Position numbers and translations under genes: made by a program
Part shown: one piece after another, positions 49,301-62,820 of the stretch
How the letters are laid out: every line of letters starts with the position of its first letter
Numbering within the stretch: position 1 is the stretch's first letter
Source: Solemya velum
Taxonomy: Eukaryota
Length of the DNA: 64,000 nt
Assembly: GCA_048127485.1 (NCBI GenBank)
Contig: JBHNWI010000380.1
Location: forward strand, 43,436,036-43,500,035
Direction of reading: 5' to 3'
Notes under the pieces: generated by a model
The model's database searches: none
The model's input: the letters and a program-made list of their open reading frames with translations, nothing else
What the model was told of the DNA's origin: nothing

Positions 49301-51629
49301 TCTACAACTAAACCATTTCTTAAGTTTGTACTTTTGTGACCAATGGTATATTAAAACTGTTCAAGTACATACCCACCCTACTTGTTTTGCCAATAGTTTG
49401 ATAAAATAACGGATAGGAAGTGTTCTCAACTCATTCAAGTTTTTTAAGTATATTCTTTACCTAACAAGTATTTGAAGGCATATTATACCATGTACATGTA
49501 TATGTTAATTGACAGAAGCCAGCTGTCTGACTTCTATTAGTTAACATATACAACGAAGTTGTAATCCTGAATGAGGATATTTATTGTTTGCAGACTTGTG
49601 TGGGTTATAGTGCTCAGAGTTTTAGGCATGATGGTCACAGTACATGTGTTATCTATTACTACATGTATATAAATTATATAAGCAACTCAAACAATTTTCT
49701 CAAAATTGTTCCATAAATTGACAAGAAAAGGGTTGTCTAAATCTCATCTGATTATAAAAGGTCTACTGTCGTAGTGATTTTAATTTGGCTATTGTGGTAC
49801 CAGTTAGAAAACAACTATCACCACCACAATGATTACTCCAATGTTCTCTCTATATGCCCCTGTCTGAGTTTATGGGTTTTAGAGTATAGGGCAATGTCTC
49901 ACCCTATCAGGTTGTAGATGACAACTAATAGAACACATTCACAGAAAAAAAAAATCATACTCATTTTCCTATAGCTGAGTGGCATTAAACTAACACCCCT
50001 GTCTGCCAGCAAATCCACAACCATCATCAATATTTCTCACCCCTCCAGGGAAATAATATCCCTGGACCCCTCCCTTAAAAATTGGCATACAAATCCCTTT
50101 GTTGTGTTGAATAGACAGTAAACAGCCCTGATCAAAAATGCCTTCTCATTCATATGCGGCTTCCAGGTTCACCCATTGTTATTCTCGTCACCAGTCATGC
50201 CCATTGCTCACCCTAGCATTTCGTAAAAGCCGACCATAAGGATCAGCACAGAAAAAATACTTGCATACACACAGTCCTGTATGGCTGAAAGATTGCTAAA
50301 AAAACCATTAAACCCATTCATTCAATCAACCAACCAACCATCACCAGTCCGCACAAACAGATATGTTGCAGAGTATAATGAATGATATGATAGAGTGCTA
50401 TATTCAATATTTTTATTTTTACACAGTTTTCATTTTGTGTGAATGTTCAGAGATGTTGCATTTCATTCCATCATGAAGACTTTGCATTGTTATATCAACC
50501 ATGTACAGATTATGTACAGAGATTCATGTATAATGTGTACAATTTGTATAATTGTATGTACATAAGAATGGAGAGCATATGAGGGCCTTATCATAATTAA
50601 ATTTGTCTCATTTCCTTAAGATATATGTTTAAAGATGTTTTTTTCATGTGGAAAAAATAGTCTTACATTGTTTAAGAATAACCATTGAATGCTAAATTTT
50701 TATTCCCTTCAAATATATACATTGAAAATTTTTGTCTCCTATTATCAGTAGTACTTTCAGCTAAGTCAAGGATCTTGAGTCTGAGCATGTGGCTTTGGGA
50801 TATAACAAACAATACTTTCATCTGCAGATATGGTTTGGTCTACTCCATCACTCTTTGCAAACATAGATGTATTTGTGTAAAATTTCATTTGATCCAGATG
50901 TTGTGTCATAAAAAATTCTAAGGTGGAAGCTTGAACTGAAATGGATGCTGATTTGTACAAATTACTTTGTCGGACTAAGAAGTGCGATACATAATTTAGA
51001 TTCTGATGACCAGTAGAAATAAGTTTTTGCAAATGTTGATGACTGAAAATCCGATGCCAGACCAACCCAAACAAAAGTACCAAGGACATAGCATCCATCT
51101 GTCTATTTTGAAGATGATTTTGTGAAAGCAGCATATTAGCTTCAGATATACAGGTTTTACTACATCTATATGCATACCACTGCGATAGAGATAGATACCA
51201 TGTGGTCGGGAATATGCCACTCTGGTGATAACTATTTTGAATGATATCACATTACCTGCTGAATGGTTTATAGCCACTTGCAAAAAATTTAGAGTGTACA
51301 CTGGAATTGAGTTGTCTTTAAACACATTTTTGTCCAGACATCTACAGTATTGCAAAAACGTTGATCTTACCCAACATGAATCTGTGCTCCTATTTTAATT
51401 TGAACTATACCCTTTTTTTGGATTGGCAAAAACATTGTTTCAACAATATGCTAAAAACAACCAATTTGAACAAGGCTCAACAAATACTGTTTTACAAGAG
51501 TTATGCCCCTTTTTATGGGTAAGCATGTTTGAAAAGCAACCCCACTTCATATTCACCATTTTTATCCTCCCTCCTGTTTCAACCAACATGGTACATGCCT
51601 GTGCATGGTTGGTTAGTTGTTGGATTATT

Positions 51630-51960
51630 GGCACCTTAGACTTAAGCCCATATGTGCCAGATACACAGACATATATACAAATACAACTGTATATTATATT
51701 TTTACAACATGTGAAATCGCACCCGCGTATGCAAGTGTTTGTGAGTATGAGTAACATGTCTGCTTGACATATTGCATACCACATCACATACTGACACAAG
51801 TTAAACCAGCCCTTGCGCTAACCTTAATGTTGGATGCCTAATGGACAGCAGCAAGGAATACCAATTTTTAAAACTTGTTTTGTCCCAGATGGGGTTCGAA
51901 CCCCTGAACTTCCAGTTGCCCTATCCACAAGGCCGCAGGTTTGGTTGTGCCTGTGCATTC
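51630..51960 (-). mobile_element. SINE-T copy with a tRNA-like head (…caggggttcgaaccccatctggg…) at 51885-51960 and the characteristic tail at 51640-51720
   Basis: The GGGGTTCGAACCCC T-arm-like palindrome. The body and tail are shared with the 16600-16990 and 17720-18060 copies. Confidence 0.5.
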
Positions 51961-52684
51961 TTCTGGAGGTTTCTGGAGCATATTTCACATACTGTCATAT
52001 AGGATGAGGAAACTTAGTTGGTACATTCAGTGAAGATGATATTGCATTATAAAATGTGGTTTCTAGAGTATTTCTCCAATACTATTCCATGCAGTTGGTA
52101 TGTTGGTACATCTATGGACTTGTCATTCTTTCACAACATTATTGGTCAGAGGCCCAATTACTGGTCCTACCCCTTCACCCAATTATTGGTCAGATGTCAA
52201 ACTACAGGTCACGCCATCATGTATCCATACATAAGTGTAATTATATTAGTACTGTAAATACCTAACAACATGCATTCTCATTTATTTCTTCAACTAAGTG
52301 AGGTGTACACATGAAGCTGATGCTTTGAGTTTCATCACATTTTTCTTCAAACTGAAGTTTTATGAATGCAGACCTTATATAATATTAAGTAAGTAGTGTT
52401 ACCATGGATTTATTTCCTTTTTGGCCAAATCATGTTTCAGAAGCGTAACCCTCTCCTACCAGATCATTTTCCAGCTGTATTGATATCAAAATTACAATTT
52501 TCACATACAGGTATGTAAAACAGAACTTTATCTCTTATACTTATACAGTCTTTCCAAGAGAGCTATATATAACCTATTTTGCTAGAAAATGGACTTTCAT
52601 AAAAAATAGCTTTGCAGAAAGAGCAAACATTCCATCTGTATACTTTCGACACAACCCTAATCAAACCTGTAGTTGCTGCCACAT

Positions 52685-52995
52685 CCACATGTTATTCAAC
52701 ATGCAAGGGGGAGGCGATTATTTGTTTTAGAGGCATGCGTTCAATCCCTATTGGGACATTATGCCCCTGTCCGTGCGGAATGGTGGAGGAAGAACACATG
52801 TAAAAACATGGTAAGAACCACCACACACTCACCAGGTCACGGACAACCTTCCCACAATCAAGCCCGGTCCATTCCACTCAGTGAAGTTTTAAGGCCGGAG
52901 CCAGACGAATGAATTCGGACGGTAGGAAGCAAGAGGTCTCGACGCCAGATGCCTAGACCACTCGTCTAGCAAGGGCCCACATGCAAGGGGCATAA
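52685..52995 (-). mobile_element. SINE-S copy (tRNA-derived head near 52900-52995). It shares a 3' domain with the 54225-54500 copy but has a different head.
   Basis: The reverse complement begins …gcccttgctagacgagtggtctaggcatctggcgtcgagacc…ccgtccgaattcattcg… (tRNA-like D and T arms). The 3' part, …cgcacggacaggggcataatgtcccaat…gcatgcctctaaaacaaataatcg, matches the other copy. Confidence 0.5.
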
Positions 52996-54224
52996 GTGTG
53001 TTGATTCTAGATGTTCTTCCCTTTTCTTATGGGTGCTGTATTCAGATAATTGTAGTGTTACCTGAACATAAATCTAAGGTGTATAAGACATAAAAATCGA
53101 AAATTTAGTTTTTAACAGTATAGAATGTATTCAACCATTGTATTGTGATTGGTCTACCAGTATATGGAAATTTTTTTTTATTTTTTAAATTGCTCTCAAA
53201 TCTTTTTTTGCACTCAAATATTGGTAGAATAAAAAATGACAAATGGTTAGAACCCATTACATTCATGCTTTGTGTGAGTGTCATTTTCCACCTGCATCAT
53301 GTGTCAATGGTTCTTTAGTCCTCGAGCATTCAGATTTCTGTACAAAATTATCGATTATTTGATGTAGTATGATGACCCTTCACTGGAGTTCCCTTGGTCT
53401 GACTAGAAAAGTCTGAATATCAAAAAGTGTGATTACCATGCAGGTTCAACAGTAGTTTATTCTGATAGAATTTTAGTGTAGAAATTTTAGAAATCAAGTG
53501 AATGAATGATTTCATTCACTCAACTGCTTATTGGCATTTTTATTTTTCGTTCATTTCAGGTTTTAAAAATATAAAATATGGAGTTTGGTCTAGTCATTTG
53601 TTATGTAACCAATATTGTTATGTCTGCATAGAGTTCTCATAAATTATGCAATCATGGATCAATTTATGAAAAACGACCCCAGCGGTCAAGAATGTGATTA
53701 CCAATCTATCATTTTAGGGTTGTGTACCTGTATGAACAAAATTGAAAAGTGAAAATTTAGAATTAATCTTTATTGTACATGTATATACCAGTAGTTTGTT
53801 ACTATCATAGTAATACTCCCAATTACTTAACAATTATAAACCAAGTTCATGCTAGAAGAAAAACATACAGGATACAGAACAAAAATGAAATAGACTACAT
53901 GATTGTATACAGATGATGACGTGTTACATTATACATTATACAATGTACAATTTTTCTTGCATTTAAAGAAACCAGTTATATGGAATATAAAAAACCTTTG
54001 TGTCAATAAACATCAGGGGTATACACTTACTATATTCATATACATGTACTAATAAGCCAGGCATGTGTGTTAGCAAAGTGAACTGGGCTGTTGATACTTC
54101 AACCAACACCCAACTCTTGTCAGTCCCATGTGCTTTCTTTTTCATTTCTCATCCAATTTTGCTTTCTTTGTGGCTAGACCGAGATCTTGTGTTCAACCAT
54201 TCTCTAATTTTCGAAGCCACCTGA

Positions 54225-54500
54225 ATGAGTGAGTGAGATGATTTGTTTTAGAGGCTTGTTAAGCACAATTCGGGATATATGAACCCCTGTCGGTGCGAGT
54301 AGCAGGGGGAAGAAACCGTCTAAAAGTAGACAGAAAGAATCTGCAACTATCTACAAGCCACTGACAGCTCTCTCACAAGCAAGCCCAGGACGACTCCACT
54401 GTTGAAACATTTTTTGCCACCAACGGGGCTCAAACCCGGAATGCTGAGATGTGAGAGGCTCTGGAATTAGATGCCGAATGCAGCGCCTTATCTCCTCGGC
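54225..54500 (-). mobile_element. SINE-S copy with a tRNA-Ser-like head
   Basis: The reverse complement begins ggccgaggagataaggcg…ccgggtttgagccccg, cf. tRNA-Ser GGCCGAGTGGTTAAGGCG…GGTTCGAATCC. The body and tail match 20245-20520 and 52685-52900. Confidence 0.55.
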
Positions 54501-57500
54501 CATGGAGGCTTGAAGAAATATGGACTACTTAGCCAGTATTATTCCCGTGAAATTCATTTTTTTATGTGAGAGTGAAATAAAAATTGTATAACTTCCCTCA
54601 CAAGTGGTTAGTTTCTCATCAATGCATCTGCGCTAAAACACAAAAAACAGCCCAAAATACACATAACATAGATATGATAATGTCACATAAAAATGAGATC
54701 ACACATTTCTGAAGAGCTGACCTTTCATCATGCTCGTACACTCTGAATCTAGTAAGTATCAAGAGGAATCTGTATGGGTAGCTGATATTACTTGACTAGA
54801 ACACAATGAGTACAGTTTTTAACAGAAAAAAAAATTGTATTTGGTATACACAAGCTTTACGGGAATGTAATAGTCCAATATCAAATATGCTATTACAGAG
54901 CCAGCTCTCGGATTATTCATGTTATTGTCAAAATCATCGTACAACAAACTCTCTGAGAATCACAAACTGCCACAATAAAATTTGATTTTATCATCACAAA
55001 TGTGTCCATTGATATTCACTTTCCACCCTGACTGAAATTTACTGAGTAGGAACCAGTGGCCGGGTCTTGCTTCATTTGAAAATTATCTGTAGATAGACCA
55101 AATGGTTTCAGTACCATATTTCCCAAATCTTTCAATTTACCTGAAAAGAGCGAAAATAAAGGGATATAGTATTACTAAAACTAACTCTGCTATTAGTTGA
55201 GTAGTTACTTTGTTGCTAATATGACTAGGTTTGTACACAGACTAATGGATATTGTAAAACAAGCTATTATACAGTTGGATTGGATTGGAGTTTTCTGGTA
55301 CTGCTGCTAACCGAGAATTGCGTCTATTCACTAGTAATGCGTGGGATACATAGAGATAAATGCACTTTCCAGAGATTTCGCAGAATAGCGGGAAACATGT
55401 GTCTTAGCAATTAGGCAAACGATTGGCAGGGCTCGTCTCCGGGAAAGACACAGTTTGCGCATTGATTCGTGCGAAAAATTAGGCACAAGTTTTTAGGGGC
55501 TCTTTGCATAAATTTTTTTGTACCAGGTATATTACAAGTTTGTTAGAAAATGTTCTATAATGTTATTATTTTTTTCGATGGTCAGGTTCGAGGCTTTCTT
55601 CTGAGACAGCATGTGCTTTTTAAGACACCAGATACAGGTTTCCTCTCTTTTCAAGGGAGGTTTTCCTGGGCCATTGCCTGCTGTCGATGGTGGAGATATA
55701 TGTGTTTTATGAATATTTTTATGCCAGATGAATAAGAGATTGTTCTCGTATCTTGTTGTCATGCGACATGTGAGTGTTGTAGAGATAATCCATTGTTTTC
55801 CTCAGAGCCAATAAAGCGGCTTCTATTTGCACATATTTGGTGTTATATATTAGTGTAGTATAGACAAGACGATTTTTTTCTGACAGTTGATCTTTATCGG
55901 TGTCTACTTTTTTCCTCAACATTACATGGAGATAGTCAATTGATGGTGAATCTTTCATGTAAGTGTTTGTAACTAAAAATCAGGTTGGCTTGGCTGTTTG
56001 GCTCAGTACATACAAGTCATGTACATGTATTAGATAGCAACACATCACCCTTACCCAACATCTCCGTTTTCAGCTTCTCATTTCTTTCTTTTATTTCCTC
56101 TGGAAGTCTCTGAAATTTGTTGAAAAGAGAGTACTAACTAACTTCATTTTGATTAACAATATTAATCATCTACTGTAACACTCTAGTTGTAAACAAACTA
56201 TAATTGTTTACATACTGAACCACAAAAGGAATGTCGGTGATGTATGTACCATATGGAGGTGGTTATTTACAAATATCTCAAGAAAATAATTGGAATGTCA
56301 AATAAAAGTTAGATTTCAACACAATTTATTATGCTGTGTATGAGGAATGTTTCTACACATTTCCCACGAGGCGTCAGCAGAACAGATCAAAATGGTGGCT
56401 TTTCCGGTATTTTGTGTAGCTCCCACAGACATTGATCACTTCAACACATCTGTATATGGAGTGCACCAGGCAGTTGATGAAGGCCATGGAGATGTGGGTT
56501 TTTGGATCTCATCCCAATAAGTGTTCTGTTGGATTTAAATCGAGACTGAGTGTGGGTCAGAGTATGGTTCAGCTATTGTGATGCTGGAGGACGTTTCTTG
56601 TCGCTTTGGCTGTGTGGAGTCAGGCATTGTCCTGCTTGAATAAGTGATTTTTGTGATGAGTGGAATAAGGTATAATGCGAGGTCTCAGGACTATGTTGCG
56701 AAGAGCTGTAGTGCCATTACAAGTGGCTGATTTGTCAATTTTCGCAAGGCATGGTAACTCTATGATGATAGTCATTAGCACTGTTTTTTGTGCGGAGTTG
56801 CTCTTGCAGACGGTAGATCAATCTTACATTGACAGCGAAAGCATTTGCAACTATCTCTGCATTCTGATCAGTTTGCAGTCTCCCAATTGCTTGTTGACTC
56901 TCGTTTGTCAATAGTCATAGCATGATTGTCGGTTGTAGTAATGAATGCAAACTGAGCAGTAGTGTATGCCATTTTATTTTGTAGCTACCATGGATTGCAC
57001 ATGCAGTTTGATTTCTATGAGAATTGTTTGCAACCTTGTCCCACTACTCTTGGTGGTGGTGGTTGTAGGGTTTGATTGAAGAAATGTACCTGGAGCTTTC
57101 AATTTGCAAGAGATATAAAATAATATAATAATAATTGAACATTTCTAGCTAGAAACTGAAACAGCTAGATTCCTGTATAATTTTTATTTTTGCACTAATA
57201 TGATAGTGTGTTTAGAAAAGGTATTCTATTACCAAGTAAAGAGTCAATTGGAACCTACAACTCAAGAGTATACCAATCAGTGTTGTTCAAAATTGCCAAA
57301 CAGAAATGTTCAAGACAATACTTCCAAATACTTATGTCTAGATTTATGGAAGGAGATAGTAATCAATTGTCACCACCGTCCGTAAATGACATCTATCATA
57401 TCCCTCACAAGGTCTAGAGCCAACAAAATGATCAAATAGCAGTAAAACAGTCTCTAAACAGTTAATGTCCATATAAGCACTTGTTAATCAATGTCAATAA

Positions 57501-58200
57501 TTGAAATGAGGCTTAACATCATTTTCAACAATCTTTCTGCTATACAGGGCAGTGTGTGTGTGTTTCTGCACAAGTTCTTCTGTGCTTTGTCTTCATTTTC
57601 GAAGTCGGACATCCAGGTCTCTGTCATGTGCCACGCCCAATTCTGTTGACGCCATATTAGTTTGAAGGGAACCTTATGCTTTGGTTGTGTATTTCTTATA
57701 AGGGAGTGACCATATTTTTTGCAATTAGAACACTTATTACTTAGAAGATGAAAGGCAGCTTTTCTGGCCAGCACTCAAGAAAACTTTGACCTGAATGGAT
57801 GGTAAACTGGCCTACACAACCATGTGTCAACTATCAGCTGAGGTATACTAATTATCAAGGTTATCTAGAAGTTTATCGCCATTTGCATGTAGATTCATGT
57901 CATGATGATTGACAGTTCACAATATTTCAAAATTAGATCACATTGCATCAAAATTGTTACAATCACAGGGAAAAAGACTGACGTTTCTCCTCAGTGAAGA
58001 GTGATTTGGCACATAGTCTAATGAAAGTCTATTCGTGACATAATAAATTATTGTTCTGTGAATACAAGATCAAAAGTAGTTTATCCTTCATGACCAAAAT
58101 TTTCAGTGTATTGATGCAAAATCATATCCATCCAAAGGGAAGTGCAGAGAACCAAATGTTTTAAATATTGATCGGTTGAAAAATTAATCTCAAAGCTCAC

Positions 58201-58386
58201 AAGACAAGCTGCTCTGGCAGCATACTGCGATGGGTCCATCTCCAAAATCTTCTGGTAATCCCCCAAAGCATCTTCTAGCTTTTCATTCTTCTCATACAAC
58301 TCTGCCCGTCGCATTAATGCTTTCAGATAAAGTGGGTTCAGATCGAGAGCACTAGTACTGTCTTTGATGGCCTCTTCATACAGCTC
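58201..58386 (-). CDS. TTC1: TTC1 orthologue exon covering TPR2/TPR3 (ELYEEAIKDSTSALDLNPLYLKALMRRAELYEKNEKLEDALGDYQKILEMDPSQYAARAACL). Acceptor tttcag|GAG at 58387-92, donor CTT|GTGAGC at 58200.
   Basis: RRAELYEKNEKLEDALGDYQKILEMDPS closely matches, as I recall it, human TTC1 RRAELYEKTDKLDEALEDYKSILEKDPS. 62 codons, phase 0/0. Confidence 0.75.
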
Positions 58387-59549
58387 CTGAAATAACAACA
58401 ATCATTCCATTAAGATTGTCAATCGGTTTGGAAAATATGAATTATTGTGTATCATGTATTGTATTATATATATGAGAAATGCATTCAGCAGTTCACTAAT
58501 ATAAAGTGTGAACTATAAAAACTAATGCACATCTGATGTGATCATGTTCACTCAATCAATACCCCTATCAAGTATAGCCATACCAAATAAAAGTCATAAT
58601 AAATGTCGTAAAAATAACAAACAGAAGAATCAGTGATTCTCACAGAGAAACCAGTGTCTGGTCAAATCCTTTTAAGAAAAAAGATAATATTGTGTAATGG
58701 CTGAAAGTATGAAAAAGGCAAAAACTCTGCCAATAATTGAGGGAGTAGTATGCCTGATGAATATACACAATTACGTATGATGATGATGATAACTGTAAAG
58801 TTTTAACAAAAACTAAATAGAACTGAGGGACCAGTTGTCTTGAAAAGATGAGAAGGCTAAAACTATGACAAGGGCAAGAACTCACGAACAGCACACCTGA
58901 TGAATGTGGCTAGGTAAGATGGTCATGATAACATTATTATGAACAGAACTGAGCGACTAATGTTTAAAAAAATTGCATCTACAGACAAGTACCAGATGCA
59001 ACATGTTCACCACTCTTTACTGTATTTTCTTGAAAGAAGAATTAATCTCCATTAAATGAGGCATAGAGAATCATATTTAACTTGAAATTGAGGATTACCA
59101 TAACACATGGATCTTCTTGACTTTGTGTGTATCAAAACTGAACAAAATATTTGAACTGCGAAAAATGAATGGTGTAGTTTTCATTAGCAATTCATGTATG
59201 TTATTACTAACTAATACTGTTATTCCACAGAAAAAACTCCTGCTAAATATTAAGCTAGGGTTCTCCAATATGTTCAGAGCCCTTGTGTATTTTTAAAAAA
59301 CAAGATCACACCTATCTGTCAACCCGATAATAACACAAGTCACAGATGCAGGCTCCAGGTCATTGTTTAATGACTCTTCCCATGAAAATCTAATATAAAG
59401 TACATTTTAGCCTTAGGTTACACAGTAACATGGTAAATGTGATAATTTGTTTCAAACTTGCCAATCTGCATACATTCAATTAAATCTCATTTAAACATGA
59501 TGAAAGATGACTGAAATTTATTATATTCTCGGTACTAGCGTATGTTTAC

Positions 59550-59723
59550 CATTCTCATTTTGCAGGCTGCTCTGTTCGAAAACATGATAGACCGGTCTTT
59601 CTTAAAGGATAAAGGACAGAGTTTTAAAGCTCGTGTGTAATGTTTTCGGGCTTCCTTATACGATGCTTCCTTGAAAAGTTTGTTCCCCTCCTCTTTTTCT
59701 TCCTGAGCCTGTTTCTGCAGCTC
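59550..59723 (-). CDS. TTC1: TTC1 orthologue exon covering TPR1/TPR2 (ELQKQAQEEKEEGNKLFKEASYKEARKHYTRALKLCPLSFKKDRSIMFSNRAACKMRM). Donor ATG|GTAAAC.
   Basis: Matches, as I recall it, human TTC1 …LKEEGNEQFKKGDYIEAESSYSRALEMCP…ERSILFSNRAAARMKQ. 58 codons, phase 0/0. It joins the neighbouring exons cleanly. Confidence 0.7.
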
Positions 59724-60425
59724 CTTTAATTTAAAGAAGAATTCATATATGTGTCAATAGTCACTGAGTATGAAACTTAGAAGACTGCAATATCATGCAT
59801 AAATATTCTTTTTTTTTAAATGATAATCTGTATTATTAAAAAAATGTATTATATTTGAAAAACAACAATAATCTTGAGCACATCCAGAATTATATGCATA
59901 TATATGTGTCTGCAGGGTGATAAATGGCAACACCATGACCCTGAAGAGAATTTCACTAAACACACAAATGCATTTAGGTAACACATAAAAAACAACAGAA
60001 ACATATTAGCTGACCCATAGTAAGCCATTCAAAATTAATCAGCCTAAGCCAATCAATTAGAACATATAGTTATGCATACAAATTTCGAAGAGGTTGATGC
60101 AAGCAATGATTCACCACTCCATGTAGATAGAATGTTACCATTTACATAATAATGTTAGGGATTTAGTGACCAAATAACAATTAGAATGTATATATGTGAC
60201 AGCATTACTGAACTGAAAAAAATGGAGTAATGGGGGTTGTATGTTGGTTTTGAGGCCTGCACATTTGGACAGGTCATAAAATATGAAAACATTTATTTGG
60301 GAATGCAATGCAGAAAATCATTTGCATACACTCCCTATATAGCGGAAAGATTTCTGGGAAAAAATATAATTTTTAATTTAAACCCATTTAATAACTCTAA
60401 TTCAACTATTGTTTTGAATACTTAC

Positions 60426-60971
60426 TTTCTTTTCTTCCTCAGTCATTTTATCCTCCTGCTGTTTCCTGTGTTCTTCATCATCGTCCTCTTCACCTTCATC
60501 AGCAGAATGGTAGGACCCCTCATCTTCAGTATCTGTGCTAGATATGCTCCCCTCTACATCATTAATAATGTCTTTACAAAAATCTGCACTACAATCGTCA
60601 TCACAATCTTTTACAATTACAGTTTCTGTAATTTTGCTTTTTTCAGTGTCAACTGTTATCAAATTTGATGTATCTTCAGAAACAGATTTATTAGCTCCTT
60701 CATCACATTCCAATTTTATTTTTGTGTGCTCGATGTCTGAATCAATGTGGAAATTATTATCCGTTACTTGTGTTCCTGTTTTCTCACTTCCATCAATGTG
60801 AATATCAATATAGTCTGCAGAGTTGCCTCCCCTTTTTACTGAGCTACATGTCGATACATTAGTCTGAACTCCCTCTGTCTCTGCAGTTCGAGATTTTTCA
60901 GATTCATCTACTCCAACTTCCTGAAAAGATCTTCCTAACTTCTCAACTGCATCTTCATAAATCTCTGCCAT
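60426..60971 (-). CDS. TTC1: TTC1 orthologue first coding exon: acidic, Asp/Glu/Ser-rich N-terminal region. It starts at ATG 60971 (aaggATGG) and ends at donor AAA|GTAAGT.
   Basis: MAEIYEDAVEKLGRSFQEV…DEGSYHSADEGEEDDDEEHRKQQEDKMTEEEKK. There is a perfect GTAAGT donor at 60420-60425. The acidic N-terminus is characteristic of TTC1. Confidence 0.65.
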
Positions 60972-61092
60972 CCTTCCTCCCACTTTTTTGGCAACTGTAA
61001 TGGGATAAGTGACATACATGCAATACCATGTAAATAATATACAACTGATACATATACATGTACATGCTTGTATATTGATGTTACCTATATTA

Positions 61093-61497
61093 ACAGGGTC
61101 TGAATTTCTGTGAGAATCTGATTAGATTCATGCAAATAATACAGTGGTTGGGAAGGAAGGGGGCCATGGGCCATGGGCTATTTGTGCATTGCTTCAGAAA
61201 ATGGCCCATTGAAAAGTGAAAAAGTTATATGATTTATATAAGGAATGGCCCATTCAAATTTTGGAAAACCACCAAAGGCATGAAAATAGCTCAATGAGTA
61301 AAATGGCCTTCCCAATCACTGATAATACTATACTCCATCATAACATTTAAACATATTTCCAAAAACATGTTTGCCTGAATATATAAAACTAAAAGCTCCT
61401 TTCTGTGCCTCCAGAATCCCTTTGAATCAAGACGATTCTGTGGATTCTCGCAGCAAGTTCTGCAAGAATCTAAATTAGATTCTCATAGAATTTTATG
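61093..61497. mobile_element. MITE-like element (~400 bp) with ~30-bp imperfect TIRs (ttctgtgagaatctgattagattcatgca / tgcaagaatctaaattagattctcatagaa), lying ~120 bp upstream of the TTC1 start codon
   Basis: An inverted-repeat match was found by eye. The interior contains repeated 'atggcccatt/ggccatgggc' motifs. Confidence 0.45.
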
Positions 61498-62696
61498 AAA
61501 ATCATATCCTGCTTTATCCACTAAACCTGGTCCATATGGGCTTCACAGCCTAATATATGCCATAAATCAACCAAGTGCAGCCTTGCGAATCAGCGGTAGC
61601 ATTCAGCAATGCCATGATTGCTGGTGTGATTGCTGTTTACTTCATCCATAAGCCTGACTGCAAATAGCGTATGACCACCTGGAATGGCAAAAAAACTATT
61701 GGTCTCTTGTGTCTGATTTTGTTTGGACATTCACAATGGTCATAGGAGTGTGTGGAGGGAGCCAGGACAAAGATACAGCTTGAGCTTGGTGGCAGAGCTT
61801 GAGGAGGCAGTGTGATGGTATGGGGGTGGGATATTATTAGCGGGTTGTACAGAAATGGTAGCCATTAGGAATTGAATACTGAATGCTCTCCGATATTGGG
61901 ATGAAATTCTTAACCCAGTTGTGAGGTTCTTTGCAGGTGCAATTGGTCCATAGTTCATTTCAATAGATGATAATGCCCATCCTCACATGGCTCATGTGGT
62001 TAATGAGTACCAAGAACGGGGGAATATTGAGAGATAGAATGGCCTGCTGGATATTCATTAGGTTTTGGCAATGTGAAATGCTAACTTTGTTTCCATATGG
62101 ACATTAATTTATCTCTTGTTCAACACAAAAAATAATCAACAGTGAACACATAATAATAAATAGAGAGATGAAATGTATGGTTGCATCTGAGTATGAATTT
62201 GTTAGAATTCCCAATGCCCATATTGTTCTTGGTGTTTAAGCGGAATACAGCTTTATCTGTCCATCTGGGTGATGGAGAAAGCTCTGGTGTTTGAAAGTTA
62301 GTCTTCATATCTTCTGGAATGTTCTTGGTGGGTTAATTCAACTATATCGCTGTGTACCAATAATAGACATTATATGTGCTGCATATTTTGTTTTTAACAT
62401 GTACATAATAAATATATTGATCTAATTTAGTGATTAGCCTACCTTCATACAGAAATATATTTATAATTATGGATAGTAGCTGTGAGTTATATTTTCATTG
62501 TTGATCCAAATTACAACAGAGCCTGGGATTAGGTCAATTTATTGAATAAAAATCGCACAATGAGCCCTACAGTACAAATAAAATATATGTAGCCAGATAG
62601 GCAGTAATTATAACAATCTGACCCCACAACCTACATAACAACACTAACACACATACATGATCATTAGGCCTACATAGTAGTAGTAGTACTATTACT

Positions 62697-62820
62697 AGTC
62701 CGCTAAAACTGCCCTCATATCAACGGCTCCCGATGCTCACCTAGTATGATTATACTAGTTGAGTATCGGGAGCCGTTGATTATGCCTGATACGAGGGCAG
62801 TTTTAGCAGACTAGGCCTAT
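62697..62820. repeat. Near-perfect ~120-bp palindrome (foldback/MITE-like). The arms are gtccgctaaaactgccctcatatcaacggctcccgatgctc and its reverse complement, around a palindromic loop ctagtatgattatactag.
   Basis: Direct reading. The flanks 'actattactag' / 'ctaggcctatactattag' are also related. Confidence 0.7.

Noticed and set aside
51880-51950. Possible tRNA gene (GGGGTTCGAACCCC T-arm-like sequence); similarly at 20300-20325, 54410-54500, 52900-52995 and 16900-16960
   Set aside because: No complete cloverleaf could be built (no matching acceptor/anticodon stems). Each is followed by a shared non-tRNA body that recurs elsewhere, so they are interpreted as SINE heads, not tRNA genes.
57484-57774. 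96-aa minus ORF (…NCKKYGHSLIRNTQPKHKVPFKLIW…) considered as the missing TTC1 terminal exon
   Set aside because: Its translation does not resemble the TTC1 C-terminus as I recall it (…[32 protein letters not shown]…), and no in-phase acceptor was found.
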